From positions 120,063-184,062 of the forward strand of contig DDUL01000036.1 in the NCBI GenBank assembly GCA_002344785.1: a DNA stretch of 64,000 nucleotides, written 5' to 3'. The position numbers and the translations under genes were made by a program. This stretch comes from Bdellovibrionaceae bacterium UBA2339 (GTDB lineage: Bacteria > Bdellovibrionota > Bdellovibrionia > Bdellovibrionales > JAMPXM01). Shown piece by piece: positions 20,853 through 29,146 of this stretch. The notes beneath the pieces were generated by a model. It searched no databases. It had not been told where the DNA came from and saw only the letters and a program-made list of their open reading frames with translations. Positions within the stretch are counted from its first letter, which is position 1, and each line of letters starts with the position of its first letter.

Positions 20853-22117
20853 CGACCATCTCTTTGCGCATTCGCATGTGGTGAGTTCGAAAGGCGAAGA
20901 CCCGCAAGCTTCAACACCTCGTTGGCTCCTTGCGCAGAAGTCTGATCCAGCCAGCTCCGGAGCCGCAAAATCTCCTCTTCGCGCGAAGCCTGCAGCATCA
21001 TGTACGCCTTCATTTCCGTAAGTCGGGACCGCAAATGAGCACCTTCGGGCGCTTGATTGGCGAGGCCCGCCAGCTGATCCCAGGCCGTGACAACACGCTG
21101 CTTATCGTCGTCGCTGAGATTCTGAATTGAAAAATGCGAGGGAAACATCAGCAGGTTCGGTGAAACCATGCTGTCACCGAGGGCATCCACCGATCGCAAA
21201 TGCCGATAAAGGTCGAGCAGATGAAGCGCATTGAGAATTTGTACGGTGGGTGTGATGACGAGTGAAACTCCGGCCACGTTTCGAGAAAGCTGATGAACAG
21301 CGCGAAGATTGTCTTCGATCTGTCTCCAGTCGCTGCCGCGTCGGATGATCGTCGCAAGTTCTCCATAGGCATCGATCGAAGCTTGCACGGAAACGCGTTC
21401 GAACTTAGCCCAAAGCTCAAGGACGGAGGTTGATGATGAACCCGCCGCGAGTCTTGTGAGGTTGGTGTTATAGCGGAGATGAACTTGAGTGCGGCCAGCA
21501 CGAATGAGCCGCTTTAAGAGATCCTCGTGTTCAGCGAGAAGAATGGGTTCGCCGCCACAAAAGTAAATCTCCTCAAACTCGCCGATGTGGTCGTCAAAAA
21601 ACTTCCAGAAATCTTCAGGTTTGCCAAAGGCCCGCCTCAAGGTCGGGCCGTCATAGCGACCCGCTGCGCGTTCCTTTTGTGCGAACAGAGAAGAGTTCAC
21701 CTCATCGCACATGATACAGGCGAGGTTGCAGAGATTTGAGAAGCGAACGTCGAGATACACGCTTCTGCGAACCTGTCGCCGTCCGTCGGAGTCGGTCTTT
21801 CGAATCAGATCAGCATGATGTTGAAATCGACGATTCATGTCTTGGCGATAAGACAGAGATCCAAACTCAGCTTCAGGCTGCGAGCATCGATAACAACTTG
21901 CGGGCAAGCGCCCGCGGAGCATTTCGACGCGAAACGCGTTGGCCGCCGGTGAGTCGAGTGCCTCATCCAGACCGCTTTGATGAGTGTGGCCGAAGACATA
22001 ATCTTGGTTGATGCAGCAGGGGATGACTCGGCCATCTGTCCAAACCGCAGCGTGGAGCCAAGGTAAGATGCAAAGATGCTTGGAGCTGAGCAGCTCCTGG
22101 GCTGCGTCGTCCTTCAT
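20849..22117 (-). CDS. radical SAM enzyme with N-terminal Cys-rich (twitch/SPASM-like) module, paralogue 1
   Basis: FSNLCNLACIMC, preceded by LCILPWLH...IPCC...ASCYRC. The internal ATG at 22117 forms an ATGA overlap with the carbamoyltransferase stop, so the ORF-track start at 22192 is probably too long. Confidence 0.85.
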   Translation of the reverse strand: MKDDAAQELLSSKHLCILPWLHAAVWTDGRVIPCCINQDYVFGHTHQSGLDEALDSPAANAFRVEMLRGRLPASCYRCSQPEAEFGSLSYRQDMNRRFQHHADLIRKTDSDGRRQVRRSVYLDVRFSNLCNLACIMCDEVNSSLFAQKERAAGRYDGPTLRRAFGKPEDFWKFFDDHIGEFEEIYFCGGEPILLAEHEDLLKRLIRAGRTQVHLRYNTNLTRLAAGSSSTSVLELWAKFERVSVQASIDAYGELATIIRRGSDWRQIEDNLRAVHQLSRNVAGVSLVITPTVQILNALHLLDLYRHLRSVDALGDSMVSPNLLMFPSHFSIQNLSDDDKQRVVTAWDQLAGLANQAPEGAHLRSRLTEMKAYMMLQASREEEILRLRSWLDQTSAQGANEVLKLAGLRLSNSPHANAQRDGR

Positions 22118-23814
22118 GCGCTGGGGGTCGGCGACTTCTCGACGATGAAATCGCCGATCGCCAACAAATCCATTTGTGTGTGTTTGAAGCAATCGATGGC
22201 GTGTTCCGGCTGGCAGACCACAGGTTCGCCCTTACGATTGAAGCTTGTGTTGATGATCACGGGGACACCGGAGAGCGAGTCGAACTCTTCGATCAAGCGA
22301 CGAAGTTTTGGATTGGAGGTCTTATCGCAGGTCTGGACGCGAGCTGTGCCATCAATGTGTGTGATGGCGGGGACGCGGCTTTGGGCCTCGGGTCGGACCT
22401 GAGGAGCCAACAACATATAGGGAGAAGCGACGTTGAGATTGAAATACTCGTTGGCTTTTTCCTCGAGCACGATGGGGGCAAAGGGCCGAAAGGCCTCGCG
22501 CTTCTTGATTCGCAGATTCAAAATATCTTTCATTCCGGCAAATGTCGGATTGCCGATGATGGAACGATTGCCCAGCGCACGCGGTCCAAACTCCATGCGC
22601 CCCTGAAACCAACCGATGGCTTTGTTGTCGAAGATGGCTTGTGCGACGTACTTGCAGAGCGCGGCCTCGTCCATCTCTCGATAGCTGAGCTTGGCGGCCT
22701 TGAGTGCGCGTTCGATTTCGCGCTTGGAAAACTCGGGACCCAAATAGGCGTGGCGCATGACTTGGCGTTCGCAATTGGGCTGTAGCTGATGTTGCACCCA
22801 AAGCGCCGAGCCGACGGAGCCGCCGGCATCGCCCGCGGCAGGTTGAACGAACACATCCTGAAAGTCGGTTTGATCCAGAATCTTGGCGTTGGCCACGCAG
22901 TTTAGGGTCACGCCACCGGCCAAACAAAGATTCTTAAGTCCCGTCGACTTTTGCAGCAGCCTCGCGTTGAGGATGAAACAGTTCTCGATGAACTCTTGGC
23001 AAGCAGCGGCCAGGTCGTAGTGCCTTTGCTCCCAGGGCTCGCCGGTTGCGCGCGGCCGACCGAAGAGCTTCTCCCACTTTGCGCTCCACATTCTCTGGCC
23101 GTAGCGGAACGCGAAGTAACTTTGATCCAGAACAAAACTTCCATCGTCATTGAGGCGCGCGACCTGCGTGAGTTTGTCGCGATAGGATTTGGGATCGCCA
23201 TATCCGGCAAGCCCCATAGTCTTTCCTTCACCGCCATGCGCATCGAAGCCTAAGAACGTGGTGACGGCCGTGTAGAGCAAACCCAAGGAGTGCGGATAAT
23301 GAATCTCTCGGTCGATTGAAATGCGCCGACCTTCGCCTTTGCCCACGGAGAGAGTGGCCCATTCGCCGACGCCATCGGCGGTGAGAATGGCAGCACTCTC
23401 AAACGGCGAAGGATAAAAGGCCGATGCTGCGTGTGAGAGATGATGCTTGAGGAAGTAGATGGGTCCTTTGAATGTGAGCTCATCTTCGATGAGCGTCGGC
23501 AATGCCAATCGATGACTTAGCCACTTCGGCATTGAGCGATGAAAGCCGGTCCATGAGAAGGGCCAAGCTGAGACGTGATCTGCGACAACGCGCGCGAACT
23601 TGAGAAACGGCTTTTCAAAGTAGGCGACGGCATCCACGTCTTGGAGTGTGACGCCAGCCTGCTGCATGCAGAAGTTGATCGATTGAATGGGAAATTCGGA
23701 AGTGTTCTTCACGCGACTAAAGCGCTCTTCTTGCGCAGCCGCGATGATCTGACCATCGCGAACCACGCAGGCCGAAGAGTCGTGATAGAAACAGGAAATC
23801 CCCAAGATCAACAC
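22114..23814 (-). CDS. NodU/CmcH-family carbamoyltransferase
   Basis: 566 aa. The N-terminus ILGISCFYHDSSACVVRDGQIIAAAQEERFSRVK is typical of NodU/CmcH/TobZ-type carbamoyltransferases. GTG start. Confidence 0.9.
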   Translation of the reverse strand: MLILGISCFYHDSSACVVRDGQIIAAAQEERFSRVKNTSEFPIQSINFCMQQAGVTLQDVDAVAYFEKPFLKFARVVADHVSAWPFSWTGFHRSMPKWLSHRLALPTLIEDELTFKGPIYFLKHHLSHAASAFYPSPFESAAILTADGVGEWATLSVGKGEGRRISIDREIHYPHSLGLLYTAVTTFLGFDAHGGEGKTMGLAGYGDPKSYRDKLTQVARLNDDGSFVLDQSYFAFRYGQRMWSAKWEKLFGRPRATGEPWEQRHYDLAAACQEFIENCFILNARLLQKSTGLKNLCLAGGVTLNCVANAKILDQTDFQDVFVQPAAGDAGGSVGSALWVQHQLQPNCERQVMRHAYLGPEFSKREIERALKAAKLSYREMDEAALCKYVAQAIFDNKAIGWFQGRMEFGPRALGNRSIIGNPTFAGMKDILNLRIKKREAFRPFAPIVLEEKANEYFNLNVASPYMLLAPQVRPEAQSRVPAITHIDGTARVQTCDKTSNPKLRRLIEEFDSLSGVPVIINTSFNRKGEPVVCQPEHAIDCFKHTQMDLLAIGDFIVEKSPTPSA

Positions 23815-23817
23815 GAA

Positions 23818-23976
23818 TCAAACTCCGGCGTAGATAAAGGTGATGATGATGCCGGGTCCGACCTTGAAGAACAAAATCGCAAACAAGATGAGCGAAATGA
23901 GAATGGGCGCCATGAAGTAGAGCTTGTGTTCGCGAATCAGGTGTCCCACTTCGCGGAGCATGCTTTTGATTTTCAT
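23818..23976 (-). CDS. 52-aa single-TM protein (SxtK/DUF5989-like), not in the supplied ORF track
   Basis: My own translation: MKIKSMLREVGHLIREHKLYFMAPILISLILFAILFFKVGPGIIITFIYAGV. SD-like AAGGGGTGAG upstream. The stop is 3 nt before the carbamoyltransferase GTG. Confidence 0.65.
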   Translation of the reverse strand: MKIKSMLREVGHLIREHKLYFMAPILISLILFAILFFKVGPGIIITFIYAGV

Positions 23977-24029
23977 CACTCACCCCTTATGGCCATCGGC
24001 CCACTGATCTCAAATACCCCACTCTAAAC

Positions 24030-24329
24030 CTAGGACTGAAATTTTGCCTGATCGACGGAGGCATCATAGCCTTTGGCCGCGACCCAATTTGAATCTGGAG
24101 AAATCGTCGGATGACGGAGAGCTCGTCGCGCGAAAAGTCGGACCCAAATTGAAGTTGGACCCAACACGAAGAAGTACAAAAGAAAGAGCGCTAATCCGCC
24201 GATGATTTTCTGCAGGACGACTTCAATCATGAAGCGCTCAAACCACTTGAGAGCGCGCCAAGCCGGAGCCGGCAACACAGCCTGAAGGAAGGCTTGAAAT
24301 TTCTCAAAGCCCTTGATGAGCCAACTCAA
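24030..24329 (-). CDS. small membrane protein, possibly SxtJ-like
   Basis: 99 aa with a hydrophobic segment IIGGLALFLLYFFVLGPTSIWVRLFARRAL. ATGA overlap with the TusA-like gene. The family assignment rests only on position next to the carbamoyltransferase. Confidence 0.55.
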   Translation of the reverse strand: MSWLIKGFEKFQAFLQAVLPAPAWRALKWFERFMIEVVLQKIIGGLALFLLYFFVLGPTSIWVRLFARRALRHPTISPDSNWVAAKGYDASVDQAKFQS

Positions 24330-24631
24330 CTTGGATCCTCCGTAGTGGAAGTCTGTCCATCGACCTCGATGAGGAGATGCCAGGTGGGCGTTGGCAGAGA
24401 GCCGTCGGCTTGCTGCCTTCGCAGGACGACCTTGTGACCTTCACCCTCGACGGAGGCGCTGACGTTATCGACGGGTTCACCGTCATCGACACGCACGTGC
24501 AAACGCTCGCCGCTCATCATCGTGCTGAGCTTGACGACGGCTTTCGCGGCATTCTGCGGGCAAGGTATGCCACGCAGATCGAGCGATTCGTCGGCGGCCA
24601 TGTCATCGACAAATTGGCCATGATTTACCAT
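24326..24631 (-). CDS. TusA/SirA-like sulfur carrier protein
   Basis: LDLRGIPCPQN matches the DxRGxxCPxP-type motif of the TusA family. About 100 aa. Confidence 0.75.
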   Translation of the reverse strand: MVNHGQFVDDMAADESLDLRGIPCPQNAAKAVVKLSTMMSGERLHVRVDDGEPVDNVSASVEGEGHKVVLRRQQADGSLPTPTWHLLIEVDGQTSTTEDPS

Positions 24632-24816
24632 GACCGAGCCTCGGGCCGTTGTGCGCGGCCGACTCTCGTCATAGCGTATCGTTGTGGGAATGAAATGAAG
24701 CGAGACATCTTCAATATGATGGCACTGTCGCGCAGAATTTCCAAACGCTAGTGCGCTTGTGGCGGACGAAGTTGCCCCGCCCCGCTTCGTCGAGTCCCGG
24801 TTTGCAGAACGTCAAT

Positions 24817-26028
24817 TTATTGCGAATTGAATCGAGCGTGTTCGTCATGCAGACGATTCACAACCTGGACGATGGCTTCGCCCAGACGCGCCACCTCACT
24901 CGGTGTGTGCCACTTTGAGAAGGACAGGCGAAGACCTTCTTGGGCGTCTGCTCGGCGACCCAGCGCGCGCAGCACATACGAAGTTGTGAGTTTCCCGGAC
25001 GAGCATGCCGAACCGGTTGCCGTCGCAAATCCAAGCTGATCCAGTTGGCGCATGATGGGCTTGGCTTCAAGACCCAAGAACGTGAAGTTCACGATATTCG
25101 GAAGCACAGGTCCTGAGCGAGGTCCGTTGAGTCGCGCCATGGGCAGCTCACCCAACACATGATCAATCAACTTCTTGCGCAGCTCTTGCAGATACTCGGA
25201 CACCGAAGCGGCTCGCGGGTTTTCGCTCGGCCACGAACTCCAACACTTCACGGCTTCGGCAAAACCCACCGCCAATTCGACCGCCGGAGTTCCCGATCTT
25301 AAGCCGCGCTCTTGGCCGCCCCCGCGAAACCAAGGCTCCAGCTCCAGCCCGCTGCGCACAAACAGGCCGCCGATGCCTCGAGGCCCATGGCACTTATGGG
25401 CATTGATACTCAGCAAATCGACGTGGATCTCTTGGAGATTGATCGGAGTTTTGAGGTAGCTTTGACAGGCGTCGGTGTGAAACAGAACTTTGTGTCGTCG
25501 CGCGATCTCGCCGATGGCACGAAGGTCTTGAACAACGCCGATCTCGTTGTTGGCATGCATGATCGAGATCAATTTGGTTTCAGGGCGGATGAGAGCTTCG
25601 AGCTCATTGAGACGTACAACACCGTCAGCGTCGACGGGGGCCTCGTCTAAATCAATCCAACCGCGACGAGCCATCCAAATCGCCGGTTGGCGTATGCTGG
25701 AGTGTTCGATCGACGAGACGATGTAGTGGGGGCGAGGCGCAGAAGCCGACGTAAGGGTTTCTTGATTGAGAAGTGCATGCAGCACCCAATTGTTCGCCTC
25801 AGTGCCGCCCGAGCAAAAGATCATCTCGAAACTTGAACGCAGGCCCAATGACTCGGCGATGACCTCGCGCGCGTTTTCGAGATGTGCGGCCGCACGAACT
25901 CCGGCTTGGTGAATGGAAGAGTTGTTGGCGAGTTCGAGGCGAAAGCACTCGGCCACGCGTTCGGCGACACGAGGGTCGACAACAGAGCTTGCGGCCTGAT
26001 CGAAGTTGATCGCGCTGTAATTCGGCAT
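24817..26028 (-). CDS. NifS/IscS-type cysteine desulfurase (class V aminotransferase)
   Basis: SGGTEANN, HTDACQ, INAHKCHGPRGIGGLFVR (PLP Lys), RSGTPAVEL and TGSACSSG (persulfide Cys). Confidence 0.9.
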   Translation of the reverse strand: MPNYSAINFDQAASSVVDPRVAERVAECFRLELANNSSIHQAGVRAAAHLENAREVIAESLGLRSSFEMIFCSGGTEANNWVLHALLNQETLTSASAPRPHYIVSSIEHSSIRQPAIWMARRGWIDLDEAPVDADGVVRLNELEALIRPETKLISIMHANNEIGVVQDLRAIGEIARRHKVLFHTDACQSYLKTPINLQEIHVDLLSINAHKCHGPRGIGGLFVRSGLELEPWFRGGGQERGLRSGTPAVELAVGFAEAVKCWSSWPSENPRAASVSEYLQELRKKLIDHVLGELPMARLNGPRSGPVLPNIVNFTFLGLEAKPIMRQLDQLGFATATGSACSSGKLTTSYVLRALGRRADAQEGLRLSFSKWHTPSEVARLGEAIVQVVNRLHDEHARFNSQ

Positions 26029-26031
26029 CCG

Positions 26032-27195
26032 TTACTTGTACTCGTAATTCAGCTGAGATGCGATCTCATTCAGCGTGGACTTCTTCACATTGAAATCCAA
26101 ATCACGCAGTGCCTCATCGCGACTGAGGACACCTTGGCGGATCAGCTTACTCATCTCCACGTGATAATGCGTGTAGCCGAAGTGCTTCATCGAATTGGCC
26201 ACGCTGACAAAGTTCAACGCGCAATTCGTACTTCGACCCGGATAGCTGAGCTTGGGATATTCCCACCCGAGTTCGCGGCGAATCGTTTCCACGTAAGTTT
26301 CTTGATCAAAGGGTAAGAACCAATGGGGAGAGAGAACCAGGGACTTGTGTCGCTTCTGGGCGCGCTTGAGCACTTCCTCCATGGAGGTCGGAAAATCCTT
26401 ATAGCGCGGATTGGGTCGAATGTAGGTTTCGATGAATTGCTTTGTCGCCTCACCCATCTCTTTGAACTCGGGCTGGGAGGTGTTGCAGCCGCACTTGCTC
26501 ATGACGTTCTGAGAAGTGCTCTGACCCTTCGTCCATCCGGCGATGATGATGGGAATTTCGTAGCGAGCCGCAGTGTCGTAGGCCAGATCCATGTACCAGA
26601 GCGAACAGGGGTGACAGACCACGGCCTTCGAGTCGGTCTTCAACAGGGTGCTAAACAATTCCTTCATGTACCCTGACTTGAAGAACATGAAGTCGACTCC
26701 AAGTTTGTCGACAGCGCGCTTAACGTTGGCGATGGCTTCAGGTGTTTCAAAGCCATTGTCGAACATGAAAGCCAGCGGGCGGACTTTGTAGCGTGTGACC
26801 ATGTAGTAGAGCGCCGAAGTTGAGTCCTTGCCGCCGCTGCACATGGCGAGGACATCATACTTACCTTGGCCCTTATGCTTGGCGAGAATCTTCAACAGAT
26901 CGGACTCCAGCAATTTTGACGAGGCCTCGACCTGCTTTTCTTGTTCGTACTCTCGACACAAATTGCACACGCCCTCGTGATCAAAAAATATGTGAGGCTT
27001 AGCTTCGGGCATCACACAAGATTTGCAGATGGGTCGGTGAGAGCCTTCAACGCCGGCGACTTTGTAGTCCGGTGAGTCGGGAGCCGGAGTGGTCGGGTGG
27101 AGAGTGGCCAACGGAGTTGCGAACTCGCTGGCGCTCGTGACCGCAGGCGACGCCGATCGGCTAGGGCCAAAATTTTGTCCAGTGCCCTGACTCAC
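26032..27195 (-). CDS. PP-loop ATP pyrophosphatase of the N-acetyl-sugar amidotransferase (WbpG/PseA-like) type
   Basis: CKSCVMPEAKPHIFFDHEGVCNLC zinc-ribbon, followed by VLAMCSGGKDSTSALYY (SGGxDS PP-loop). GTG start with AAGGAGG 6 nt upstream. Confidence 0.8.
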   Translation of the reverse strand: MSQGTGQNFGPSRSASPAVTSASEFATPLATLHPTTPAPDSPDYKVAGVEGSHRPICKSCVMPEAKPHIFFDHEGVCNLCREYEQEKQVEASSKLLESDLLKILAKHKGQGKYDVLAMCSGGKDSTSALYYMVTRYKVRPLAFMFDNGFETPEAIANVKRAVDKLGVDFMFFKSGYMKELFSTLLKTDSKAVVCHPCSLWYMDLAYDTAARYEIPIIIAGWTKGQSTSQNVMSKCGCNTSQPEFKEMGEATKQFIETYIRPNPRYKDFPTSMEEVLKRAQKRHKSLVLSPHWFLPFDQETYVETIRRELGWEYPKLSYPGRSTNCALNFVSVANSMKHFGYTHYHVEMSKLIRQGVLSRDEALRDLDFNVKKSTLNEIASQLNYEYK

Positions 27196-27397
27196 GTTTG
27201 GCCTCCTTGCGAACTCTCAATCCGAGGTCCGAAAAAACGGTTGTAAAGATCCTGTCTCGAAGTGAGACGGTCCGCTGCACATGTGCGAACTCACTCTAGA
27301 ATAGGTTAGGAAGTTCGTGATCACAAAGTCCAGACCGACTGCAAAATGATGTTTTAGTCGGACGCAAACTGAGCGAGCGATCGCGCCTTACTTTGAG

Positions 27398-29146
27398 TCA
27401 CTTTTTGTCGGGCTGAGCACGCGTTTCTCCGAGCGCGGCTCGGTGCTGAAGTAGAACTTCAAGGGCCGACTGCGCGACGCCCCCATAGCCGAGTGCCGTC
27501 AAATGCTGATCTTCATCACCCAGCTCTGAAGAATAAACATCGCGAAGCGAGTGGGCCTGTAAAAGTTGAGCGAGTTGTGGACGAGGATCCACGCTCTCGA
27601 CCTTCAGCCGGTCAACCACGGCGCGAAGCTGAGTGTTCACGGGATTTTCGCGAAGATGCATTTGTCGATCAGAGCGGGCCGGCTTCGAAACCTGGTCATT
27701 TGAAGCCAAAAATTTATAGGGGTGATAGAGCTGGACAATGGGGAGCGCTCCGGCTTCGCGAACTTGTCGGACAATTTCCTCGATGCCGATTTCAATCGAG
27801 TTCTCCGCATCCACTGAGGTGGCCAACTTGTAGTACTGAGGCAGAGAATCCCGCCAATTCTCGACACGATTCATAATCAGACGGAGTTCAGCTTGCGCAG
27901 CAGAGTCGGGTGGCGTTTGGCGCGCTTGGGCTTGTCGGGCGCTGATGTCGCTCAGTGTGATGTGATAATCCGAGTAGGGATTCAACTCGATGAGCGAGGC
28001 CAACGACTCGGCCGTCGGGTGCAGCGAATGAAACACACTGAGAAAGGGCGCCTCAGACCGCAACACTTCGAGCTGTTGCTGGGATTGCGAAGGGCTCAAC
28101 CCAGAAGGGGTGTGGCGCTCAATGACCCAAGCCCGTAGGTGTGAGTCTTCAAAGCCGAGTTGATGTGGGCGGGGCAGCTGGGATGGCAGCTGGGACCGCA
28201 GTTGGGCCCACAGATCGTCGAGTGTTTGCGAAATCTCTGTCGTGGATTCGCCGCGCTTGGCCTGCAGCTGTGCGGACTTTAATCCCAATGCCAAAGCGAT
28301 ATGAGGTTGAGGCTTGAAACTCACATCTTCCCAGCGCCCGCGCGCGAGTCGCTGTAGAGCCTCGGCACGATCTCGAGAAGCTTGCGCGCTGTCGGCACTG
28401 AGCAGGTGCGCGAGAGTCGCCGCGAACAAACTGCGGTGTTGGTCATTCGCCAGCGGACTTCGCAAACCGCTCTCTAAAGCCTGAGCCACGGACTTCAGCA
28501 GATGTGGCCCGAACACCATCGGATCTGTCCACCCGGGCTCCAGCATGCCCGCCCACGCCATGCTTCGTTCAAATCCATGCAGGTCGGTATCGATGAGATA
28601 GTGAGGCGTTCGCATGTGGAAATTCGCCAAGAGACCGCGTCCCAATCCGTGTCGCCAAAGATCTATGGCGCGGCCGACGCGCAGACCCTCGTACCAAGTT
28701 TCATAGCCGCGCTGACGAGGATGATGTAAGCCGAGCTTGTTGTAGAAGTTCGATTCGCCAGCCCAGATCAACACCACTTGCGGCTGATACAATCGCATCC
28801 ACCTCGGCAAGTGGCGAAGAATCTGCGCTGTGTTCCAGCCGCCACGTCCAAGATTCAGGACTTGAACCTCCAAGCCTTGTTCGCTGAGTAAAACTTGAAG
28901 CTGGTCAGGAAAACTTTGGCCCGCCGGGGCGCCCGTCCCAAATGTGAAGCTGTGTCCAATGCATAGAATGCGCGGCCGGGTGAAATCAGGCGTCGGCTCA
29001 TCGGCGAAGCGGCCCTGGCGGCCGAACCATCTAAGTCCCAGTTCCGCCACGATGAAAATCAGTAAGAATGCGGCGATGACCAACGAGGCGCGCACGGCAA
29101 GTCGAAGCGAACTTGGCCGATACTGCCGAGCCCGATCAGAGGTCAT
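27398..29146 (-). CDS. membrane-anchored SGNH/GDSL-like hydrolase with large helical insertion
   Basis: N-terminal TM. Block I ILCIGHSFTFG, block II LGRGGWNT, block III IWAGESNF. After about 300 aa of helical sequence come IVQLYHPY and DQHLTALGY (block V-like). Confidence 0.6.
   Translation of the reverse strand: MTSDRARQYRPSSLRLAVRASLVIAAFLLIFIVAELGLRWFGRQGRFADEPTPDFTRPRILCIGHSFTFGTGAPAGQSFPDQLQVLLSEQGLEVQVLNLGRGGWNTAQILRHLPRWMRLYQPQVVLIWAGESNFYNKLGLHHPRQRGYETWYEGLRVGRAIDLWRHGLGRGLLANFHMRTPHYLIDTDLHGFERSMAWAGMLEPGWTDPMVFGPHLLKSVAQALESGLRSPLANDQHRSLFAATLAHLLSADSAQASRDRAEALQRLARGRWEDVSFKPQPHIALALGLKSAQLQAKRGESTTEISQTLDDLWAQLRSQLPSQLPRPHQLGFEDSHLRAWVIERHTPSGLSPSQSQQQLEVLRSEAPFLSVFHSLHPTAESLASLIELNPYSDYHITLSDISARQAQARQTPPDSAAQAELRLIMNRVENWRDSLPQYYKLATSVDAENSIEIGIEEIVRQVREAGALPIVQLYHPYKFLASNDQVSKPARSDRQMHLRENPVNTQLRAVVDRLKVESVDPRPQLAQLLQAHSLRDVYSSELGDEDQHLTALGYGGVAQSALEVLLQHRAALGETRAQPDKK

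Noticed and set aside
17586-27397. A RiPP interpretation of the rSAM operon, which would need a precursor-peptide gene.
   Set aside because: I read the gaps at 17586-17644, 18878-18951, 23977-24029, 24632-24816 and 27196-27397 on the operon strand. I found only a 15-codon ORF with no RBS, and no Cys/Gly-rich or leader-like peptide. A precursor encoded elsewhere cannot be excluded.
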